DNA from: Balanoglossus misakiensis
Taxonomy: Eukaryota; Animalia; Hemichordata
Assembly: GCA_040954595.2 (NCBI GenBank)
Contig: CM082589.2
Location: forward strand, 3,610,213-3,674,212
Direction of reading: 5' to 3'
DNA: 64,000 nt
Below the pieces are notes generated by a model, which saw nothing but the letters and a program-made list of their open reading frames with translations, did not search any database and was not told the DNA's origin. Positions 42,801-54,800 of the stretch are shown piece after piece. The position numbers and the translations under genes were made by a program. Every line of letters starts with the position of its first letter. Within the stretch, counting starts at the first letter, position 1.

Positions 42801-45800
42801 CTCCCTGAATCAACAAAGTGTAGATTTGATCATGAAGGTACCAGCAGATCCATAAAGTAGAATTTGCCAGTAAGACTGAAGGGCTATTCACCAGTCTACC
42901 CCCTCTTTTTTCTCATTTTCTCACTCCCCCGCCCCCACCTCCTCCATAGTTTTTCAAGTGTCTGGACATCTATGTGTTAATTACTTACAATCATTTATTT
43001 ATTTATCTTGCAACAGATACTGAACAAATATGATGATTCTCTTAAAGATAATCAACAGATTTTATCCATTTTTTTTCACTATAAGTAGCCGCCATAGAGT
43101 GTCACATACAATCTTTTGATTTCACAGATTTATATGCTTTGCACAGTGTCACAACTTCGTCTCGTGACTGGGGGACTTCTGTGAGAGAATGGGTTCAGAC
43201 AGGCATTACTGAATTTCACAGCAATGTTCTGGAAATGTCCCATCAGTCCTAACTGCGACTGAGATTGAGAGGGCCCACACAGCTCGCAAAAAAGACAGCA
43301 CAACGCTGAGGTCAACCACTGTTCACCTTTCCCTCGCAGGGATGTGACATCAAGCATATCCAATCACTACTCCATCAACAAGATGGTGGTCTCGAAACAC
43401 AGTGTACCCGTTAATTTATACCTGGGTAACTGCATGCGCCCTTAGGGTCTCACTTCCCCATTTATCACCATGACACCCAAGATCTACCTCACACCTCACT
43501 GCATCATACCTTAACCCTACTGTAAGGTTCTGTGTGATGAAGTGACGTGTACATGTAAGTATGGGTTAAAGCATGTCACCAAAGTTACACACCTCGGTAT
43601 GGCAGATATGGGACTGGCATAGCCTCACACAGAACACAGAGTGCTGTAGTACACCTAGCCTGGACAGGAGAATACCGACAGACCATCTTAAGAATGCAAC
43701 ACCAGTCCAGTACGTGTCTCACCTATCAACTACCACTCTCTACTACACCACTTGACACCATACAATACAAAACACTGTCATCCATTGTTAACAGACCACA
43801 ATAAAATGCCTAGCTAAAAAGGCTTCTTTATTCCAGGTCTGTTAGTGTCAGAATTAAAGAGAGCTACCTTGTCAGAGAAAACTATAAAATCTGTTGAAGT
43901 AAAATATTCTGTCCTAACCAACACCACAATCTCTCCACCATTGCAAATACTGGTATGGACTAGTTTACACAACACAGTCCAGGAGAAACTCCACTTCAAA
44001 TTTAATCTGTCAATGTTTCCCAGCGGCGGTCACACCCTATGCAAACTACACCCATTCAACAGATACAACAAATATCCTTAACGCAAACACAATATTATAC
44101 AAGTCTGCCACAGAATACAAACTTTGCCCACCAGTACACCTACGCACATGTACACACGTACATGGATCGCATTCATCTCTCAGTCCCAACACAGCACAGG
44201 TCAAACTTCTGCCCAGCTCCAAACAATGACAAAATAACGCTCACAGGAAACACATGACTATTCACACCAACCTGGCAGTCTTATATATCCACCAATATAT
44301 GAATATAAATAATAGATAATTGAATGTACCCCTATCTGCTGTTGTTTAGAAAAACATGATCTTTGAACCATTGTGGATTTCAAAATGTCAACTTTCGATG
44401 CAACGAGTCTCTTAATTGGGGGGAACAACCTCAAAAGTGTCCTTATACAATAGCATGTATGTGGCAATAGTCTGATCAATACCTTGCACATTTTGCTAGA
44501 ATTACATGTACTCAAACACATCAAACTGTTAAGCTCATGTGTGTTCTGGTGTTGCATTTTGTCAAAGCTTCATGATGCCAATGACACATGACCTTCAGAA
44601 TCACGAACTTCACTACGGCCCACTCCATCCAGACAGACTCACTCACCACACACTTGTTTTGAGTAAACATTCTCTATGTGTTTGTCCGTTCAAGTAGGGT
44701 GGTGGTGTAAACACTCTTTTTGAGTCATGGTGATGAATTCCGTAAAAAGTGGTTCCAGGGTTCACTGGCGCTTTTGCAACAGTACCGCCTCCGGAATTCG
44801 GACGGTGATCTGTCACATTCAACAGGTGGTCAAGCGGTGCATGCTTCTGTTTGATGACAACACCGCTTTCACTGGTCTGATGCCGAGTGGTCAAGCAAAC
44901 AAATAAATTTATTTTGACACACACACAAACATGCGATCAAGGGGACGGCCTCCTGGGTCCTCCCCTACTCTACATGTGAAGGCAAACGAATGGTGTACAT
45001 GAACCGGTACATTGCACTGTAGGAAGGTGCTTCATCCCTCTACAAAAGTAGCGCTGTAGATTAGAAACTTTTCCTATCCTTTGAATCCAGACAGCCTTCT
45101 CTGATCAGATTTGCATTTCTGCATAACTGTAATATTTTTGATGTCACAGAATATACCTTGTTTGTCATGTGAAATCTGTTTTTCCCACGGTCGTTCATGT
45201 CTCTGCAGTTCTTGACAATTATGTGTTACGTAACTTGAGAAATGAAAGTTCTAACATCATACACACAATGTATACATGTCATGGCGGGTATCTTTATTGT
45301 GATAAAAGAAAAAATCTTGAGGGCTGTCCCTTCCAGCCAGGTGATATTAAAGAGACGACTATTCAAAGACTGAGCCGGCACCCAGTGTGATGTCAAAGAC
45401 CTGCTGTTGATGGAAACAGCCAATGGAGTTTCCCTTCTTTCCTCACACCAGGGAACCCCAAGAGCTTCATTAAGGCAGTTTTCACGAATGATACAGACAA
45501 TACCCACAACACTGCAGCCATGGCATAGCCAAGAAAGCTACATTATGGACACTATGGTCTCACATTTCTCAAATTCAGCCATTTACTCCTTATTTCGCAC
45601 ACGTCCGGCATTTCTGACTTTGCTTCCAGACATGAAAATCTATAGATGGTTCAGTCCAAACCCATGCAGGTTTTTGTGGATTGTGATTAAAAACACATTG
45701 ACGGACTTTACTAAAACGCTTTACCATGCAACGTCACTTTTACTGAGTGCTTTCACACCAGTACTACAAATAGGACTGGAGTATACATGTACTTTGGTTC

Positions 45801-48800
45801 ATAGAAGATACAATACACTTGTCTATACAAATGTATAACTAAAAGAGTGTCCAAAACGACCTTGTCACAATGCGATTGAAAAGAACGGACCCCGAATTCC
45901 AATGTCGTGTCAGGGTGAAAGACCTCTAGGGAATTAGCATGTGAAACTGAACAGTCACACTTGACTTGTCACGCTGTCATGAAGATCAACTTAACTGCCA
46001 CCAAACAAAACCCGCCATAGAAAAGTGCAACAAAACCACAGCACAGTAGCTACACTGTTTTATGTCGAACTGTGTCACTTCCGAGATAATTTGGAGTCAT
46101 AACTCACACTGACATTGACAACAGAGGGCACCTTGACATGCTTTCTAACCACCAAACATTGTGTTCGGGGTCTCTTTACAAAGATGCGCCTTTCAGTTTC
46201 ACAGGGTCATAATCACTGAGTACAGTAAACATGGCCGTTCTCTCACAGTTGGCCACTGCATCAAAAGCATTGCCTTCTCCAGCCATGGAAACGAATCTCT
46301 GTAATCAGTGGCACCAATAAAGAAATGATTGAAGTGTTTCTAAAAGGAGGCCATCACATATGCAAGTTGTACCGACCCCACAAATGCATCGCATACTTGG
46401 TTCCAGAGGTTCTATACTTTTACATGTCAATTTCCTAGCTGCTTTTACCTGATGATTGCTATAACTCTCCGGAAGCAACCATGACCACAGGAGTCAAACA
46501 GACCCTGTCCTGATGACAAGCTCCTCCCCCTTTCACCACCAATTAAGGTTTGGTCCAAATCCATTATTATCTATGGTAAAGTTGGATCGCTACAATAGAG
46601 GACAGGGGTGAAAGGATTGAAAGAAGACAATCTACTACCAACTTTCTATCCCCTCCAGGAATAAAACATTTCAATTCATTTTGTAATGCAAACAAAAGCT
46701 CAGTGGCCAATATGGAGATTAGGGGACGAGGGGGGATTAAAGAACAATGTTGTATATCCACAAAACCACAAAGTCAAATTGGCCACCAAACTCTGAGAAA
46801 CAAAAGAAAATATTTGGTATCCGTTCAGAAAATCTGTCCAAAGGCAAACATTAAACCTGTAAAATTTACAAGCTCAAGTGTGCAATGATACAAAATCTAA
46901 AACCCAATAGCATCGTGTAGTTTTCGGGGTTGATGTAATTATGGCGGACCCTTACACTGACCTCTGACCCTTGCACCTACTTCGAAGTTATCGCACGCAA
47001 TAGCGCATGAAAATATATCAACCACTTCAAATGGAATTCCATTTAAGCAACCTATCAAGATTTAGTATTATTTTTATAAACGCTGTGTCTAGACTGCTTT
47101 TTTCCATTTGACTGTACGTGCTCGAAATCAGACGTGGCTTTCAGTTTGTGCCAGGCATTTTTATGTACACCACTTGGTTGTTTTTTGCCCTGGTCATGTC
47201 ATTGCTAGGCTGCCTCAATATTCAAAAGATGTCTTACGCATCAGATCACCTTTACATGTCGGACACATCTACACTTTGGGGACAATGCTACCCCTGTATG
47301 TGTGGTACGTGTGACGTCAACTCCAGTATGCCGAGAGCCTGGGGTTACGAGGGTGCTAGCAACAAGCTAGCCCAGGGTTAGCACCATGACAACAGGGGGA
47401 AATGGGGTGCCTCTACCAAGAGAGCCTTGTGTTACTTGCAATAAGGCAGATTACTGTTGGTCCAGTATCAACTTTAGAGGCAGATAATCCAGCTTGCCTT
47501 GTCCTTTACCCACTCAAGAATGAAATTTGAATTATTTCATCTCATTTATGCCCCTATACTCAAGTGACAGACATTTCCACCATGTGACAGAGCCATGAAT
47601 ATGACTCAAGACTGAGTCTAAATGAAATTAATATGCCCATTAGAAAACCGTATCATGTCGTATCAATCATTCTGAGAAACTGAATATTTCCAGTATTTTA
47701 AATCTAATACAGTTATGAGACCGACACATGGCCAAATTTGATTAACTGCCCTTACAGAAAGATGATATGACCTACTTCTGGCACTCTGAAATCTATTTTG
47801 ACATATTGAAATTCGTGTAGACTCCCTTGAGAGCTTCGTACTTCTAGTTTACATGTACCGTTCGTTCTTCAGACGATAAAAAAATCAAGAGCTGTCCTCT
47901 CAGACTGTCTGACAAATGTTATGGCTGTAAATTGTCTAGAGATCACGGCAGTCCATTAAACTGGCTGTGATCCCCCATCCATCATCATGCAGAAAATACC
48001 ATAGACTTATAATTTGTCCCAACATTTTCACTTTACTTCGTACAGTTTCATGACAGCAAGCAGATACTCTTTTATACCATCACTGTAATTTGGGGGAATA
48101 AATAGGAATTTGGTATCATAATTGTTATGAAAATTAGCAAATACATCACGAATTCCTGTGGCATAAAAATGTATTCAGCATAGTCAAGCATTTCGGGCTG
48201 GGCTCTACAAATATGCTGTTTGTATGGGAAGGACTTTCTCTTGGAATTCATGTTTGAATCTCATCCATGACCAGATGTCATCTGATGTCCTTAAAATATA
48301 TCCCACCAGAAGGGTCACCCATTACATGGCAACAATAATATCTATCGTAATCTAGAGCTATCTTCCCAACAGGTGTTCCCCTCAAGATATTATCAGCCAT
48401 CATGTTTGTTTTTTCTCAAGGCCAACATTTGTACATCAACTATTTCGAAAGTCGAATTTGTTTTTCGCCTGAGTGACTTTGAAATGGTTGTCAGCTGTGA
48501 TGAGCCACGCCTGCGTCAATACAATACATTTATACGATCAGAGCAGTTGCAGACTAAAGCTCGTTTATGTGTCTCTCTCTATGAACCTGCCTCTGACCTC
48601 TGACCCAAGGTCAAGACAAATGAACGCGATCTATTTTATCACTGAATACTTCATTCTGAGTTAAAGGCCACCCATTCATACCTCCCTGTGCACTTCATTG
48701 GCATTTTCAAATGATGGCGAAATTGTGAACGAAAATACTTCTGCCGTATGATTCATCACACTGCCACAGGGATGTTTAAAGTGAAGCGTGAGTCAGTCCA

Positions 48801-51800
48801 CTCATCGAAATGGCTGACAGGTATCTCAGTTTGTAATATTCATGCCCCAAGGGATAGCCTTTCAATAAATGTTTAATACAACCCCAAAAGAAGGTCACTG
48901 AAAAATCGTTTCACATAATTAGCACTTTCTATTTTCGATTTTAATTTGTACATACACGCATCATTGTACATGTATACATACATGTTCATACATACATGTA
49001 CATACATATCAATATATATATATGTATATGCAAATTATAAATGATTTTAATTATCAGACCATACTTGATGAAGAACAATGTCAATTTTCCTCTTCTCCAT
49101 CTCAGACAGATGATATTTCATTCTAAAAATGCTTGATCGGCAACTGACATGGACAGCTGAGTCATATCAGAAATGCACAATGCAAAATGTCGACAGCTGT
49201 ACATCAGTGATATTCGCTGATATGCCGCCACTTCATATATATGTGACAGGCAATTATCCTAATTTTTCCCCTGGCAGCTGCCAATGCCCTACAGGGGTAT
49301 TAACTTAATTAAAGCAGTTTCTCGTCACTTGATAAGGGCTTGAATTTATAAATGATACAAGTCCAGGCAGATAAAGTTAAAAAGACCTGCCACAGAACCA
49401 TTTTATCTTTTTTTCATGTGCCTCAACCGACGATTATAACCAACACGATCGCAAACAAAGTGACATCATTTTAGATTCCTCCCTCGTATCAAGTGAAATC
49501 TGACGCAAACGTTTCAAATTTTATTCCTTCCTCGACATTTTTTGCATGGAACGTATAAAATTGTGACTTGATCTCGCTCGCGGCGGCGGCCATTTTGTTT
49601 CATGGTGCCGCAGTCAATGCACTAATGTTCAGTATCATATGTCTGATCACTTTTTATGAACATCTACGATGTGCATTAAATTAATACCAATTTCAAAACA
49701 TGAATACCCACTGGTTCATTCACCTGCAAGTGCAACATGTAACTGAATAATAGCCGGAAATAACTGTCTGAATAGCGGGATACTCTACAATACATTTCAA
49801 TTCATTTTCTGTGTGTAAATTGTATTGCGCATTCAAAGTGGACATGTGGTGAATAACACAAGTAGCTTTATTCATATGGAGAATAGTGGTTATACAGTAT
49901 TTTCAACAGTGCCATGAAAGATTATCAGCCATATACTATAATTTTTGGACAATAGAAGGTCATTATCATAACAATTGGTTATATTGTCAGGCAAATTAGC
50001 TGGCAATGTATCAGGAATTCCTTGGGAGAATAATGTTATATCATCAGAATTTGTATGAACGATACACATGAATAGATGTGTGAAAGTCAGTCTCCAGGTT
50101 TGATTTGAGAAAAACACAGGCATCTCAGACACGGGCACGGGCAGAGAAGAAAATCATTTTCAACGCAGTATTTTGTCAACTGCACAACTATACTAGTGAA
50201 TATGACATACAATGTAATTTACACATATTTTAGCAGCACAATTATACCTACAAAGATATGCAGATATGGCTTTCTTGGTGTTGAATTAGACCAATTAATC
50301 AGGAAAATGTAATTAGAGATATTTCGATATTGAATATGGCACTAGGGGTCCATATGAGTGGAGAATAAAGGCACATCAGGAAGGAGTTGGTTGGCCATAT
50401 TAGAGGTGATTTCTTTCCAACACTGGATATTTCATTACACAAACCTTGCCATATTATAACCACGGTGGCTAGATTAAAAATTCATGACCTATCAAGTTAT
50501 CAATTCTCCAGGAGTGTATCACCATGTGCCCTGCCATACTAACAGTGATTCAAGAACTTAATCACGCCCTATGGTTGATATTGATGTGATAAGCCTATGG
50601 TTTCTGATTTACATTAGAAGATGGCCATGAATAATTCAATGCCATTCGCCATTTCTTCGCCTGCAGGCGCTTTGTGGCAAAACTGCTGACACACTTGTAA
50701 TTTTACGAGTAAATATGATGTAGCAAAAGGTCAAGACTGGCTTAGTAATTTCAGAATTACGTTTAGCATATTTCAACTCGTATAAATTCAATAAAAAAGT
50801 ACAAATCTAAAAAAAAATTCAAATAATAAAGCTAGGTGACACACCCATTGAACACCATGCTGGCTTGATGTAGAGGCAGTGAACAAATTAAATAGTTACA
50901 TCGATCTCATTTTACGAGATGACAGGTAAATGCTAATCTCCATTTATCATTACATTATCGGTTGTGGGGGAGATATCACAAGGTCAGAGGTCAACTGCGA
51001 TCCATGCGACACACGCATGCAGACATATAGAATGTACACTCATCGTATCAGTGTCTACAGCCGTGTGGATGCATGCTCTTGTAGGTGACCCTCACCCTTA
51101 CTCGTTTTTCAATTCATCTGACCCAGACTTTGTTGATCTGTCAATCCAAAGAAACATTCACGACATCCGAACGCACACTGTGCAAATGAATAGTTCATGA
51201 TGCATAAAATAAACAAACAGGTACTCAGTCATGTTTCACAGGCAATATATGTAGACAGGATATACACCCTCAGGGAAGCAAACCAAACATCTGGGGGTTA
51301 AATGTTTTCAGAAGATCACCAATTTGCAAATTGTTGAACATTCGTAAGAGCAATTTACCCTGACCTATGACCTCTGAGACAACTGACACCGGAAGCAGAA
51401 CAGCCCACGTTCGTTCGACAAGAAATACCGATGTTGCTATGACAAACTACCAGTGCCTTTTTTTTCACTTCCACACACACAGATGGCCACATTGTTTAGG
51501 TTCTTCCGTTTCATAAAATAACACTCAGTACCGCGGCTGGTACTGTCTGGCAACACAACTTGATAATACATGGATTTAGTTCAATGATATTTGTCAAATC
51601 AATGATTAACAGGTTCACATTTAGACTAATAAAATATGTCACATTTGTGACACTTTTTTCAAGAAATTTTCAATGTTGAAATCGCTGTCTAATAATGTAT
51701 ATATGCCACAGGGTAGTCTGTGCATGATACGTGGTTGTTGTTATTTCTCTACTCTGGCTGCAGTTGCATTGTATATTCCATTAACTTGAAGTGCTTCTGT

Positions 51801-54800
51801 GCTGTATTATTGTGCATGTAAATTTAAAACATTCCCACACTTGCTTGGATAACTTCCAGACATGTGGGAAATGAAACTCTCCATGTTTCCTGTAATGCCC
51901 ACACCCTTCCTTTATTTTGAATTAGCGCAGGAAACCTTCAAATATTATAAATTTAGAAAACAACTCTCTTTCTCCTCTCCTCTCTTTCTGTCTCTCTTCT
52001 CACTGTTTTTCTGTCTCTTTATATGTACATATATGTGTGCATATGTTTGTGTCTCTCTCTCCCTTTCTATCTCTCTCTCTCCTATGCTCCCTAAAGGCTA
52101 CAGTGCTGCACTAAAATCTGTACAATTGCTAACAGTAATTTGGTTTTTATTGATTCAAACAGTCAATTTGCCTTGATGAATGCTTCGGGATCTATCCCAA
52201 ATGCACTTTAGTTTTCTGTCCATATTGTTCCCCTCCTGGGAGGCCATGAGAATCTACTTCACCTAAGGTGACCTCATGTGACCTCTGATGCAAATAGGTA
52301 CCACATGACATGCCCAGCATTATTATGCGGCAAAGAATAACAGTTAAAGTGAAACATTTCCACTGGGCCTCATTCTTATAGTGTTGTAAAGAGTGTCTAG
52401 GACGATCAGATGATGCATCCTGCATAAACGCAGGGTTGTGTGATAAGAATCTAGCAATTTGTCAGGCCTACGACAACCATGCCATATTTCATTCTATTTT
52501 TGTTTAACTTTGTATGACAACCAACAAAATGATCACCAATGGCTAGCCATATGGTAAACAGTTATTCTATATCCACAGTACACAGTCATGAATGAGGTTT
52601 CAGGGTTCTGTTTGTCGTTGTGTTGATTGATGTTTTCTAGATTTTTCAAAACTGCTCTCAGGTTCACTGAACTTTTCACGCGACTAAGAATGTTTTACTA
52701 CCACCCTAAACCAAGACAGAGCATGCGGTCACCGATGTCAAAATGCCAGAGTGTACATTTGGTCATTTATTGCAGCACTCCTAATACCACATTAATAAAA
52801 CTGAAGAATTTTTATTTCCACGAAGCAAATATAACCAACAAAGAACTGAAGGAGGCTGTCATAAGAACCAAAGCAAAGTGCCGTCCCAGATCACCCAGAC
52901 AGACTGAATCCACATTTGTCCAAAATCTGAGGTGTCATGGCAACCGCCATTGGGAATCTAGGCCCCTCTCAACACAACCACAGGCTCTTCCTTCATATCA
53001 ACCAGTGATGAACAGTTTTACGAGAATTTTATGATCAATGAATCAACAATATCTTCAAATAGAAATTGACCAAGTATTGTTGACTGTATGGGAGGAGGAC
53101 AGATGAAAATGAGTCGGTTGGAATAAATCAATTTGCCCAAATTGCAGAGTAAAGGGTGATTTACAACTAAGAAACAAACTGGATCATACACCACAAAGTG
53201 CACAGGGGTCAGACAGTGTTGGTGGTTATGTGAACATTATCGCTGGTAAATCTTAAAACCCTTGTCAACCCGGGCTATTCATTGAAACAATACCAAGTAT
53301 TGATCCCATTCAAAGGCAGTCAGTCAGATCACTGCAGACAAACACACCAGAAGCATAAAACTCAAGCTCTTCCAATTATTTGTGTGGGGCGCTTTGCATC
53401 TGACCAGGGTCTCCAGGAGGGGATTTGCAGAGGTCACCAACCCCTTGTTGTGGTAGACAGTGGCATCCATTCACATGTTAAACAAAACCTCACAAAAGGT
53501 TGGATTTTAAGAAGGCGTTTTCACCTTAACCAGTCTTTAACATCGCTGGATCCAACACCCTTCTACTTCCTAAAGGATGCTGGACATTGCTCAATGTCAC
53601 CAAGTCATGAACAAGGCCGATGAATTTACCACATGAAAAATCTACAATTTTAATACTACAAACACCTTCATTTGTCTATTAGAACTGTCAGTTAAAACAT
53701 TCCAAAACACTGCGTACCTCACATTACATAACCTACCAACATAACTCAAAAGTTCTGTACCAATTCAATTGTTATGTTTTCCACAGGATTAATATCAATC
53801 AGCTTAAGTAATTTAATATTTATGATTTACCATTGTCTGTTTCGCACCTGTATGCACATGTAATTCTCATTGCTTTCAAAAGACCAATATAATACAAGAA
53901 GAAAGCAGAACCCAAGAAAAAACAACAGGAGCACAAGCCTGATTGGCCGGGCCCCCTAACAATAATGGGACCCCCCTCTCTTATATGTAATATATATTTG
54001 TGTAAGCACAATGTATGATACACAAAGAGTAATTTATACAGACTGGATCCGATCTTGAAAACAGAATATCACCACCTCACTGGGAATTTAAAAGTGTGTG
54101 CGATGTATAAACTGTGACTTCAGAAATACAGTTAGACGGAAGGGCAGTCTCTGGGTTATAATGAGTTTCCTGAAGTTCACTCGGAATGGATATATTTACA
54201 GTTCACCAAAAATTCACAGCAAGTACTATTACGATGCATTTTCGCAACACGCCCTAAATGCATACTCAATTTTTTTCCACAATTATACAGATTGTGTATG
54301 GGTCATCCACTCCACAGACACAAAACTACCATTGTGGCCTCAAATGACTATCAAAAAAAATCTACGCGCCAATGATTCATTGGAATAATGTCTGCTTGCT
54401 TTAATGCCAGGGAACGCGGTTTTCTCAGACATGTGGACACAGCAGGAATTCAATATTGTCTTTTGCACACTTAGTCATTGTGATCTCGATTGGCTGACAG
54501 AGACAAGCTGATGACTTGTGCGTACAGGCATTTCTTCCATGAGCAATAACTCAAAATTGAAAATTAACAATAACTTAGGCACCATTCAATTTCTTCCCAA
54601 GCACTTACTTAAGTTACATGCCATCTCTGACATGTATAGCCAAACCATCTCAAATAATGTGCTCATCTCTGTTTATTGTCCTCGTCCCCATCAAATGAGT
54701 TTCCATGGCAACCGCTTGATATGTCAACTTGAAAGATGAACTATACCCAAGGAAGATACCCAAGAAATGTAGAAACCTTTACACAGTTATGTGTCAGCGT